From a virus: a stretch of DNA of 64,000 nucleotides. The translations under genes were made by a program, and so were the position numbers. The DNA is taken from positions 64,001-128,000 of IMG/VR virus record IMGVR_UViG_3300042565_001021; one strand, 5' to 3'. This document shows positions 1-7,822 of this stretch, one piece after another. Every line of letters begins with the position of its first letter. The first letter of the stretch is position 1. Below the pieces are notes generated by a model that saw only the letters and a program-made list of their open reading frames with translations, made no database searches and was not told the origin of the DNA.

Positions 1-280
1 TTTGCTCTACGAACCCGGCGTAAACGCTTTGCGTGTAACCGCTAAAACGTTCAACCACTTTGCCGCAGTTGTAAACGCTGCCGCTGTCACCGTGAATCTC
101 GTAGTAGTCACCCTTATCGACGATTTGCTTTATGCCGCTGTTCATCTGCCAGGAGTCGCTACCAGCGAACCCGCCATACCAGCCAGCTAAGACACGGTGG
201 TAATGGCCATTGTTAGCAGCCTCTACTTTCTTGCCAGAAAACTCAACGATTACCCAAACGTCTGGATTGTATTCGCTCAT
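1..280 (-). CDS. hypothetical phage protein (3' truncated by window edge)
   Basis: Manually translated open frame from ATG at 280: MSEYNPDVWVIVEF...VLAGWYGGFAGSDSWQMNSG...GDSGSVY; abuts upstream gene. Confidence 0.7.
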   Translation of the reverse strand, partial: MSEYNPDVWVIVEFSGKKVEAANNGHYHRVLAGWYGGFAGSDSWQMNSGIKQIVDKGDYYEIHGDSGSVYNCGKVVERFSGYTQSVYAGFVEQ

Positions 281-281
281 G

Positions 282-620
282 TTAGTGCTTCTTCTTTAAC
301 AGGTAAAATTCTTTCGCTTTAAGCAGCAAGTCTTTCATCCCTTCGTCGGTCGCTGCCATCCGGTTCATTTCTACAAACTGCGTGGGAGTGATCAAGTCTC
401 CGTCATATGGAATGCCCATATTAGAACCTCGTATCATCAATGCCATTTTAGCTTTAGTTAGATCGTCGGTCAAGCATTCTTTAAACCACGTGAAATCTCG
501 CTCTCTCCAGGAAATAGGACTGGAGCCAAATTCCAGAAAGTCATATTTCTTAAATAGCCAGAAGCCACGAGTTCTGCGAACTGCGTATACGCTGTCGATT
601 ACTACCAGCTCAACTTTCAT
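282..620 (-). CDS. hypothetical protein
   Basis: 112 aa ORF, ATGA overlap with neighbour. Confidence 0.6.
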   Translation of the reverse strand: MKVELVVIDSVYAVRRTRGFWLFKKYDFLEFGSSPISWRERDFTWFKECLTDDLTKAKMALMIRGSNMGIPYDGDLITPTQFVEMNRMAATDEGMKDLLLKAKEFYLLKKKH

Positions 621-865
621 TCTTTCACTCCGAAATGCTTACGCAATGCTTCAAGGTAGTTATCGGTGCCCATAACTTTATTACCGTTGTCAATGGCCGA
701 ATAAACGTTAGCGCATTCAATCACAATAAGCTCAGCGAACTGTTCGACCGCTGCGTCAAACTCGATAACGTCGTCGTCGTTAAGTTGATGACAGAACGCC
801 CTGTACCGGTCATACAGCTCGGCTAAGTCAGTTTTTACTGCTAGGTCAATCACTCGTTGGTTCAT
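617..865 (-). CDS. hypothetical protein, 'FAELIV.EC' small phage family
   Basis: VEQFAELIVIEC motif shared with 2848..3075 and 54387..54650. Confidence 0.7.
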   Translation of the reverse strand: MNQRVIDLAVKTDLAELYDRYRAFCHQLNDDDVIEFDAAVEQFAELIVIECANVYSAIDNGNKVMGTDNYLEALRKHFGVKE

Positions 866-1455
866 TCTTCTACTCCTTGTTCAATCCAGTGACAGTTAAA
901 CAGCCAGCGCACTTCATCAACCTTAGTCTGAGTCGAGCACGACTTTGCGATTGCACCCTTTACTAACTCGTAGGTGTTTTCCTTCTGATCAAACATCTTG
1001 TACAGGAAACGCTGATACTTTTCTTCCTGCTTCTGTACAAACTCAACCGCGTAGATCTTACGGTCAACATCGAGCTTTGCTTTTGCAGCAGCAATACGCA
1101 GATCAATTAAGGTCAGCGAAGTATCACGAACACCGTTCCAGAACTTGTTTTCAAATTCCTCAAAACGTGCCAAGTCCTTAGCGTCCAGGAAAGTACGCAC
1201 GTCGTCGGCCTGCTCGTTAGCGATGATCTCGATCACGTTCTTTTCGCGGCCGATCATGTCCTTGGCCTTGTGCTTGATCATATAGTCTTCGCTTTTACAC
1301 TTTACGCGATGGCCAGAATCCCATGCAACAACAAATCCCTCTTCGCCTATTAGGCCACGCACAAAGGAAATGAACTCCTGTGGATCTGCCACAGAGTTAT
1401 GCGATTTAACTGTAGGAATGTTAAACTCGCGAATCTTATCTTGAAGTATTGTCAT
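862..1455 (-). CDS. rnlA: RNA ligase 1 (T4 Rnl1-like), C-terminal half of split gene
   Basis: Motif IV EGFVV and motif V RVKCKS; NIPTVK continues directly from the GEYLPL end of 2260..2847. Confidence 0.85.
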   Translation of the reverse strand: MTILQDKIREFNIPTVKSHNSVADPQEFISFVRGLIGEEGFVVAWDSGHRVKCKSEDYMIKHKAKDMIGREKNVIEIIANEQADDVRTFLDAKDLARFEEFENKFWNGVRDTSLTLIDLRIAAAKAKLDVDRKIYAVEFVQKQEEKYQRFLYKMFDQKENTYELVKGAIAKSCSTQTKVDEVRWLFNCHWIEQGVEE

Positions 1456-1464
1456 AGTGTTACT

Positions 1465-1493
1465 ATTATACTACCAAAAAGAATAAATGTCAA
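1465..1493 (-). promoter_or_regulatory. sigma70 consensus promoter for Rnl1 C-half
   Basis: TTGACA-17 nt-TATAAT, ATG 9 nt downstream of the -10 box. Confidence 0.8.
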
Positions 1494-1507
1494 GAAATAT
1501 TTTATAG

Positions 1508-1596
1508 GATAAATAATAGTGCGGGCCGCGATACTTGTAATATCCGCCCGCTCTAGACGAACCAGGAGGCTCATATGTCCAGCAACGATATTTATC
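1508..1596 (+). promoter_or_regulatory. late promoter plus conserved structured leader of endonuclease gene (copy 1)
   Basis: TAAATA; stem GCGGGC-CGC-GATA/TATC-C-GCCCGC; AGGAGG SD. Confidence 0.75.
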
Positions 1597-2312
1597 AGCT
1601 GTATTACACATACCAACTAATTGATCCACGATCAAACTTACCATTTTACATTGGCTTCGCAAAAGATCCGCTGCGACCATATGATCATTTAGCGCAGTGT
1701 AAGAATTGGTTAGCAGGTAAGAAAGTTCCTCATCCAAACTATATCAAAATGGCCAAAATAAGAGACATTCTTAGTGAGGGTTACGAGTTCAAATTTGAAA
1801 TTATTTACAAAAGTTACGATCCAAATCAAGCATACGACAAAGAAACTGAGTTAATAACAAAGTATGGAAGACAAGACTTAAAGACAGGATTCTTATCTAA
1901 TATGAATGCTGGAGGCCGCGGCTGTCTAAATCCAAGTGACGAAGTAAGAAAGAAAATAAGTGACGGAAACTGCGGCACATTAGTTGAACGATGGGGCAAG
2001 GAACGAGCAGAGAAACAACTGGCGTTTCTTCGCAAACAACCCAAAGAAGTGATGGCAGAGCGCGGAATGAGAGGCGCTAAACACATCATTGACAACGGTT
2101 GGTCCAAAGAAACATTATCTAAAAGAAGTAAGTCAAGATTGCTAAACACGGTTAAACGCATCCAAAACCATTATCACCAGCCATACACCGAAGAGTTACG
2201 CATACAAGCAAGAAAAGACAAGGTTGCCTTTGTTGATAAGACAGCCTTGTCTAATTATGTCACAGAGGAAGATATTCGCCAGTTATCATATGACGGCAAG
2301 CCAACAGAGTAA
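1575..2312 (+). CDS. GIY-YIG family homing endonuclease
   Basis: YYTYQLIDPR...PFYIG, R..DH, AYDKETELI..YGR, LSNMNAGG; antisense insertion inside rnlA. Confidence 0.85.
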   Translation: MSSNDIYQLYYTYQLIDPRSNLPFYIGFAKDPLRPYDHLAQCKNWLAGKKVPHPNYIKMAKIRDILSEGYEFKFEIIYKSYDPNQAYDKETELITKYGRQDLKTGFLSNMNAGGRGCLNPSDEVRKKISDGNCGTLVERWGKERAEKQLAFLRKQPKEVMAERGMRGAKHIIDNGWSKETLSKRSKSRLLNTVKRIQNHYHQPYTEELRIQARKDKVAFVDKTALSNYVTEEDIRQLSYDGKPTE

Positions 2313-2847
2313 GCATGGGCTTATCGTAGTGAATCACAATCCGGTTATCAGGCGCTGTGTATTCAAATACCGGAGTGATTCCGTTTTCAATACACCAAGT
2401 CGAAAACGCCAGATACTCTGGATGAGCAGCAATAAACGGTTCCGCTTGAAGCGCAACATCAGTTAGTCCCATCTTCGTCCCAAAGCGAACCTTACCTTCA
2501 ACCATAAATGGTGACAGAAAAGAACCGTCAAGCTTGGTATAAACAGTATGCGGCTCAGAGAAATCAACATTCGCTAACTGCGTTTCTTCTTTCTCCATCA
2601 AGTTGAAAAATTTATGAAGAGGGCGACGAAGAATCTCACCAGTAGAAGAGCGGAAGATCATGCCGCGCAGTTCGCGCAGGATAGCGTGAGCTTCGTTTTC
2701 AACAGGAGGAAAGGTATCCGCCATCTGTACCACGTAGTTGATGACTGTGTAATCACCGTCCTTTACCGCGACAATGAACTCAGGCTTATCCGCAATCAGC
2801 GGCAATACCTGCGAAATGTTTGTGATCAACGGAAATTCATACTTCAT
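2260..2847 (-). CDS. rnlA: RNA ligase 1 (T4 Rnl1-like), N-terminal half of split gene
   Basis: ELRG, RPLHKFFN, motif I KLDGS, TPVFEY, DNRIVIHY. Confidence 0.88.
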   Translation of the reverse strand: MKYEFPLITNISQVLPLIADKPEFIVAVKDGDYTVINYVVQMADTFPPVENEAHAILRELRGMIFRSSTGEILRRPLHKFFNLMEKEETQLANVDFSEPHTVYTKLDGSFLSPFMVEGKVRFGTKMGLTDVALQAEPFIAAHPEYLAFSTWCIENGITPVFEYTAPDNRIVIHYDKPMLTLLACRHMITGEYLPL

Positions 2848-3075
2848 TTACTTTACTCCAAAGTGGTCTTTTATGTTTTTATCTACCCAGGCCAGCGTTC
2901 GTCCGACCTCGGTTCCTTCGTGCGGTGAAGGATTAGTGTACATCAAACATTCTTTCACAATCAGCTCTGCGAACTTTTCTGCGAACACACCCAATGATCC
3001 TTTACCGGACTCGTCGGCATGCTCGCTTGCGTATTGAAATGCTTCTGCTGCTAATGTGTCGATTCGATCGTTCAT
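2848..3075 (-). CDS. hypothetical protein, 'FAELIV.EC' family
   Basis: FAEKFAELIVKEC...HFGVK. Confidence 0.7.
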   Translation of the reverse strand: MNDRIDTLAAEAFQYASEHADESGKGSLGVFAEKFAELIVKECLMYTNPSPHEGTEVGRTLAWVDKNIKDHFGVK

Positions 3076-3278
3076 TTTAATCCTTTCTTTCTTCGTTCGG
3101 CCTGTAATCTCAGTGTTTCTGCTGTTTGTGCTTGATTAAATTTTTGTTGTGCGTCTGCCCAGGCGTCTATCGCTTTCTCATAATCAGGACCGTCGGACGG
3201 ACTGATTTTCTTTACTGCTTTATAAGCCAAGACAACTTCTTTGTAGGCTGCTGCTACCGCAGGATCTTCGAATTTCAT
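3072..3278 (-). CDS. hypothetical protein
   Basis: 68 aa ORF in operon. Confidence 0.55.
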   Translation of the reverse strand: MKFEDPAVAAAYKEVVLAYKAVKKISPSDGPDYEKAIDAWADAQQKFNQAQTAETLRLQAERRKKGLK

Positions 3279-3282
3279 AACC

Positions 3283-3448
3283 TTAACTCCATTTTAGCGC
3301 GAAAGCCGCAGCGTCTTTGTCATCGTCAAATGCTATCCAGTCTTCAAACCCTTGTCCAAATACAACCTTGCCTTTACAGTTGTCATTTTATCCAGTCGCA
3401 CATCGCATCAAAGTCGACCTTGCTGTAATCGTAATCGATGACGTACAC
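3283..3448 (-). pseudogene. frameshifted member of the 'L(K/R)W' small-protein family
   Basis: VYVIDYDYSKVDFDAMCDWI then +1 shift in A4 run (3386-3389) to NDNCKG...DKDAAAFALKWS*. Confidence 0.7.
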
Positions 3449-3449
3449 G

Positions 3450-3866
3450 TTAGCTCGCCTTACAGCCAAGTGCCTTCAATGCGTTGACGAATTCTCTGCG
3501 GTTAGCCTTGTTCATCACAGGAAGTTTCTCAACGTGTAACGAGGTCGCTCCGGTGACCCACCGGCAACGATCGCAGGCGTCTTTTGCGTCCTTCAGACCG
3601 TAGCCCGTGTATTGACGCACAGTTTTAATCACTTCAACATACATTGGCACATTTGCGTCAATCAGTCGCACATCGCCGAGATGCGTCCCGGTCATCATAG
3701 TAAAGAAAACCGCGCCCTTGAAATCCTGACCGACAGTGGTGGCAATCGTGCCCCACATTTCCATGCCGGCTTCGGGCCCCCAGAGCTCAGTAATTGTCCG
3801 CATGAAGTCTGTTCCGGACACAATCAGATCTTCTTGCTGCTCAGATGTTAGTGTATTGTAGTCCAA
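3450..3866 (-). CDS. protein with ribosomal bL12 (L7/L12) C-terminal-like domain
   Basis: VEVIKTVRQYTGYGLKDAKDACD resembles bL12 CTD VIKxVRxxTGLGLKEAKD. Confidence 0.75.
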   Translation of the reverse strand: MDYNTLTSEQQEDLIVSGTDFMRTITELWGPEAGMEMWGTIATTVGQDFKGAVFFTMMTGTHLGDVRLIDANVPMYVEVIKTVRQYTGYGLKDAKDACDRCRWVTGATSLHVEKLPVMNKANRREFVNALKALGCKAS

Positions 3867-3907
3867 TGTATCACTCCAGAATGCTATTTAATGCGACTAT
3901 TATAGCA

Positions 3908-4168
3908 TCATTTGTAACCAAAGTCAACCGAATATATTTGCCGGTACGGAAACACCCTAACAGTGGTGCCGAGCTTTAACGCTAAAAATGTACCTAATGC
4001 TTCATCTTCGCAGTATAGGTCAATATTGGTTCCGGTGGAGCGAACCTCCCATCCTGCTCCTCCAATGGCAATATTTCTATTAGATGGCAACCAGTATCGT
4101 TGCTCGGAGATGTTGTCGTTACACCAGCTAACTACATTCTGAACCTTGTTACCTATTATTACGCCCAT
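3908..4168 (-). CDS. 'L(K/R)W'-family-like small protein (degenerate)
   Basis: VVSWCNDNI...GW...EDEALGTFLALKL; start uncertain. Confidence 0.55.
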   Translation of the reverse strand: MGVIIGNKVQNVVSWCNDNISEQRYWLPSNRNIAIGGAGWEVRSTGTNIDLYCEDEALGTFLALKLGTTVRVFPYRQIYSVDFGYK

Positions 4169-4467
4169 TTTAGTTTCAATAGCGTCATTACCTCTTCGGA
4201 AACGTCGTACCACACACCTTTCACTTGCCGAACAATGAAGTAATCTTTATCTTCTACAAATGTTGCTCGTATCCATGTTAGCACTTTAGCATCGGCGGTA
4301 ATTGAATACATAGTCACACCGTCGACTACTGCCGATTCTAATACTGAATACATTTTTAATACCCCATACATCGGTTGAACTCCGACAATCTCGGCCGCAA
4401 TTAGATTAGGTACTATTCTTCGTATAAACGGAATCAGTACTTTTTGAAATTCTGTATGGTCTATCAT
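4159..4467 (-). CDS. 'L(K/R)W'-family protein with N-terminal gp23 Gol-like peptide
   Basis: VLIPFIRRIVPNLIAAEIVGVQPM followed by domain ending LLKLKWA. Confidence 0.8.
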   Translation of the reverse strand: MIDHTEFQKVLIPFIRRIVPNLIAAEIVGVQPMYGVLKMYSVLESAVVDGVTMYSITADAKVLTWIRATFVEDKDYFIVRQVKGVWYDVSEEVMTLLKLKWA

Positions 4468-4778
4468 AACCATTTTAATCTGAACATGAGCAGGTCTGCC
4501 TCATTGCGAAGAAAGATTCGGCAGTTTTTCTCACTGTGAGATATTCTCCAACGGTGCCTGCTGTGGTTACCGTCTGTCCCAAAGGCTTCTTTACACCAGG
4601 CTATTGCGTCGTGCCATTGCCTTAAAGGTATGTCAATTGCCCACTCGCCGTGGTAAGCTTTTCTTATCCAAATAGCATCAACAAGATACATCGAATCCAT
4701 CCCGTGGAGTACTTCGACGGTCCAGGTCCCTATAAGTTTTCGTGGACTGGCCTTAATCTGTGTCGTTGTTATTTCCAT
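4464..4778 (-). CDS. 'L(K/R)W'-family protein with N-terminal gp23-like peptide
   Basis: EITTTQIKASPRKLIGTWTVEVLHGMD followed by WCKEAFG...RW...NEADLLMFRLKWL. Confidence 0.8.
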   Translation of the reverse strand: MEITTTQIKASPRKLIGTWTVEVLHGMDSMYLVDAIWIRKAYHGEWAIDIPLRQWHDAIAWCKEAFGTDGNHSRHRWRISHSEKNCRIFLRNEADLLMFRLKWL

Positions 4779-4779
4779 T

Positions 4780-5022
4780 TTACTTCCATCGTAGTGTAAA
4801 GTATGACGCGTCGGTTTCGTTTTCAAAAGCAAAGATCGAGTGCAGATAGAAGCCACGCAGGTTTTTTATCCTTGACTTAACTTTTCCGGTCTTGTGTTTT
4901 TCTACCCAGCGGACTAAGCTGCGATGTCGTAATGATCCTTCTGAGACCGGATCTAAGTTTGTGCGGTGTTCGATGGTAGCCAGGTGCCATCCGTTTCGAA
5001 GCGACTTGCGCAGCGATGCCAT
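4780..5022 (-). CDS. 'L(K/R)W'-family small protein
   Basis: FAFENETDASYFTLRWK. Confidence 0.75.
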   Translation of the reverse strand: MASLRKSLRNGWHLATIEHRTNLDPVSEGSLRHRSLVRWVEKHKTGKVKSRIKNLRGFYLHSIFAFENETDASYFTLRWK

Positions 5023-5023
5023 T

Positions 5024-5323
5024 TTATTCTGCCTTTCTTTCCCTGATCAAGAATTCAAACAGAGTTCCAATGAAAGCTTCTACTGTAGCCGGACCTGTTA
5101 CTTTTACGTGTGAATAGTCGAGGTTGTGACGCCTGAGAACGTGAATGATATAACTTTCAAACGAGATCCAGTGTCGTACCCAATCTTCCATGTCTTTAAA
5201 TGTATCTGTTCCGTCAAAGTCAATGTAGTATCGATCTTCAATACATCGTCCCGTCACCTTTATCTTTAACGGTGAGCAGTATTCAACTAGCGGTTGAATA
5301 ATAGAACTTACAGTATCATCCAT
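5024..5323 (-). CDS. hypothetical protein
   Basis: 99 aa ORF in operon. Confidence 0.55.
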   Translation of the reverse strand: MDDTVSSIIQPLVEYCSPLKIKVTGRCIEDRYYIDFDGTDTFKDMEDWVRHWISFESYIIHVLRRHNLDYSHVKVTGPATVEAFIGTLFEFLIRERKAE

Positions 5324-5522
5324 TATGTTTCCATTTCAATGTAAAGAGCAATGCGTCTTGCTCGTTGCCAAATATGTATTCGTAAATGATGTCGTTAGTT
5401 ACGCTAACGTCGCTTACGTCAACTCCGTCTATAGTAATCAGATCAAGTTTAGAATCGTCAATGAATCTGCTCATTAAGTTAAGTTGTTCGTATGTTGGGT
5501 CTGCTATTAAAACCGTTTTCAT
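5316..5522 (-). CDS. 'L(K/R)W'-family small protein
   Basis: YIFGNEQDALLFTLKWK. Confidence 0.75.
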   Translation of the reverse strand: MKTVLIADPTYEQLNLMSRFIDDSKLDLITIDGVDVSDVSVTNDIIYEYIFGNEQDALLFTLKWKHNG

Positions 5523-5728
5523 TTCCATTTAAGCGAGATCCACGTGTAGGTCTCTTCCTCCATTTCGACCCAATATAGAATAGCCCCTGGACTAATAAAT
5601 ACCGGAATGCCGTATTCATTGATTAGCAGGTCTGTAAAGTCTCGAGAATTCAACGTGCCAAATTTGTGAGAAACCTTCGGAACAATCTCATTCATCAGTT
5701 TAGGAAATTGTCGTAGATCAACTTTCAT
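5519..5728 (-). CDS. 'L(K/R)W'-family small protein
   Basis: EEETYTWISLKWK. Confidence 0.7.
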   Translation of the reverse strand: MKVDLRQFPKLMNEIVPKVSHKFGTLNSRDFTDLLINEYGIPVFISPGAILYWVEMEEETYTWISLKWK

Positions 5729-5940
5729 AACCACTTCAGAGCAAATAGTGTTGCGTCTTTATCGTTTTCAAAAGTAAACTGTAGGTTCCCAAACATGCTG
5801 TACAGTTCCCACTTGAATGGGTTGTCTTCGTCTCGGGCATCTCTATGAAGCCAGCCGCCTTGACCAACGTTTTCTAGACACCATTGGATCATTTCTTCCT
5901 GTTTATGGTAATACTCTTTGTCAAGGTTAACGCTTTTCAT
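5725..5940 (-). CDS. 'L(K/R)W'-family small protein
   Basis: WCLENVG...FTFENDKDATLFALKWL. Confidence 0.8.
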   Translation of the reverse strand: MKSVNLDKEYYHKQEEMIQWCLENVGQGGWLHRDARDEDNPFKWELYSMFGNLQFTFENDKDATLFALKWL

Positions 5941-5941
5941 C

Positions 5942-6151
5942 TTAACTCCACTTCAACGAAAAGAAAGAGGCATCGTCGGCGTATTCAAACAGCACAGATA
6001 ACCCAAATACTACACTTGGTTGGAACTCTACTTCGCCCCTTGAATTTTTCTTACACCACTTAACCATCTCGGTTGTCTCGTCGAGGTACGGATTAGTAAG
6101 GTGTGGCAGTCGAACCACGGAAGAATTTGCGTACAATCGCCCCATGCCCAT
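5942..6151 (-). CDS. 'L(K/R)W'-family small protein
   Basis: WCKKN...FEYADDASFFSLKWS. Confidence 0.75.
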   Translation of the reverse strand: MGMGRLYANSSVVRLPHLTNPYLDETTEMVKWCKKNSRGEVEFQPSVVFGLSVLFEYADDASFFSLKWS

Positions 6152-6390
6152 TATACGCCCACCCTATTAACGATTCCGTAGATGTTAGCTAACATGAAGT
6201 AAGAGTTAACTATTAGCACCGAACGAAGCGATTCAGACGCTTCGGACTTTACGATGAGCCATATAGATGCGCCGCAGCCGACGCAGAAGAAGCAGTAACC
6301 TATCAACTGTATCTCAACCTGCGCAGTAGCCACTAACGCGGCGCCGACAATGTTACCGATCAGCGCCAACGCATCCATTAGCTTTTTCAC
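6151..6390 (-). CDS. small membrane protein
   Basis: About three hydrophobic segments. Confidence 0.65.
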   Translation of the reverse strand: MKKLMDALALIGNIVGAALVATAQVEIQLIGYCFFCVGCGASIWLIVKSEASESLRSVLIVNSYFMLANIYGIVNRVGV

Positions 6391-6629
6391 TCTTTGCCTT
6401 CCCTTGCTACAAACAGAACACAGCCAAAGTTCCAGCGTGTTAGTATCTTGTGTTCTTTGTCGGAGCCATCGACGATGACCTTCGAAATGTACCTGTCGTC
6501 TGACGACGCGGAGCTAGGTCGCTGCTTGCCCGAGATCAGCGTGTGTTTGCAGTAATTGACATTGCCGGCATCATATGGAAAGCCACTGCCGTCGCCGTCA
6601 CCCCAGAACTTACAACGAGAGCATTTCAT
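6387..6629 (-). CDS. Cys-rich small protein
   Basis: CSRCKFW...C...FGC. Confidence 0.65.
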   Translation of the reverse strand: MKCSRCKFWGDGDGSGFPYDAGNVNYCKHTLISGKQRPSSASSDDRYISKVIVDGSDKEHKILTRWNFGCVLFVAREGKE

Positions 6630-6913
6630 GTTTCTTGCCTTCCTTTAAATTTTAAGAAAAGTGCTGTTAAAAGAGGATCGTCTGACGGAAGATGAATCGT
6701 TATATACCGAGACCCAGTTGACTCTTGTACAAAGTCTCTTACGTCTTTATGAAACAATTTTACCAGCGTCTTTTCGTTACAGACCGCGAATACAAAATCT
6801 GCGCCCTGGGACGGATCGTCTAGTGCTGCCATTCTAATCCTTATGTGAGAAAGGTACTCGCTCAATGAGCAGTTTTCCCATGTACGTAGATTTATCTTAC
6901 GCTTCCGCGACAT
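6626..6913 (-). CDS. hypothetical protein
   Basis: 95 aa; ends LTALFLKF, possibly a distant 'LKW' relative. Confidence 0.5.
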   Translation of the reverse strand: MSRKRKINLRTWENCSLSEYLSHIRIRMAALDDPSQGADFVFAVCNEKTLVKLFHKDVRDFVQESTGSRYITIHLPSDDPLLTALFLKFKGRQET

Positions 6914-7355
6914 ATTCTTCGGTAGGTGTTACGATGATAATCTTGCTAAAGCCCTCAAGTCGCGTAGGGCGAACGTATTCCTTGCCGAGGTCCTTAGTAA
7001 CAGCAGCAGGGATCTCGAATGCCACAGCCACTACATCGTAGCCAGCAGCGATTAGCAGATCAATCTTTGGCCTACGAGTCGTTAGCGTTAAGTTAGCCCG
7101 ATCCCATATCAAATGCCGATACATGTCGATCATGCTCTTAACTCGATCGTTGAACCAATGGCTGGCTGCGTCGATGTTTGCCCTGATTACGTCGCCAAAG
7201 GTTTTCTCTTCTGCCTTTATTTCGCTCTCAACAAGAGCGTCGGGCGCAAGGTGTACAAACTTCTTCTGTAAAAGATAAGGAGCAGACCAGCTTAGCTGGG
7301 CTGTACACGGAATGCCTACTAACAGGTAGGCAACTGGTTTAATGGTAGTATCCAT
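6897..7355 (-). CDS. polynucleotide-kinase/AAA_33-like protein with degenerate P-loop
   Basis: YLLVGIPCTAQLSW, IWDRANL..TTR, PTRLEGF. Confidence 0.65.
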   Translation of the reverse strand: MDTTIKPVAYLLVGIPCTAQLSWSAPYLLQKKFVHLAPDALVESEIKAEEKTFGDVIRANIDAASHWFNDRVKSMIDMYRHLIWDRANLTLTTRRPKIDLLIAAGYDVVAVAFEIPAAVTKDLGKEYVRPTRLEGFSKIIIVTPTEEYVAEA

Positions 7356-7399
7356 ACTAACACTATACACTCTTTCGAGGAGTGTGTCAACCAGTATTT

Positions 7400-7801
7400 T
7401 TACGGGTTTTTATCGTTTTCGGGATCGGTACAAAGTGCTTCGAGTAGCTTGTAATGGTTGTAAGACTCTTTGAGCGCAGCAAACTTTTCGAGCTTCTTTG
7501 GGTCTGGTATTAGGATGGCCAACCGCTCTTGCATAACCTTCATAGTCAGCATCATCTCTTTTACGCTCACACCATCTACTTCAACATCATCAGCTTGCAT
7601 TGTTCCGTGCACTACCAGCCCTGGGTTAGTTGCTCCGGTGACGTTTACTGTCGATCCAGCCCAAGTCGGCATAGAACCGGTGGTAGTCAGAGTTGTGTAG
7701 GTATTGTTGTTGGCGCCATACGTTGGAGAAATGGTATAAACGGTTCCGGATGCAGCAGTTATTGAGCCCGTATTAGGCCATTGGATATTGTTAGATGACA
7801 T
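7400..7801 (-). CDS. hypothetical protein (Thr/Gly-rich N-terminus, helical C-terminus)
   Basis: ERLAILIPDPKKLEKFAALKESYNHYKLLEAL. Confidence 0.7.
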   Translation of the reverse strand: MSSNNIQWPNTGSITAASGTVYTISPTYGANNNTYTTLTTTGSMPTWAGSTVNVTGATNPGLVVHGTMQADDVEVDGVSVKEMMLTMKVMQERLAILIPDPKKLEKFAALKESYNHYKLLEALCTDPENDKNP

Positions 7802-7822
7802 AGTAAAATTACTTATGCCAGC

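Noticed and set aside
1456-2259. Group I intron in rnlA
   Set aside because: The insert is nearly filled by an antisense ORF, no P7/catalytic core was recognised, and the downstream half has its own promoter and ATG.
4159-4856. A genuine or fragmented major capsid gene
   Set aside because: Matches are under 30 aa, out of gp23 order, and each is fused in frame to the small scaffold domain.
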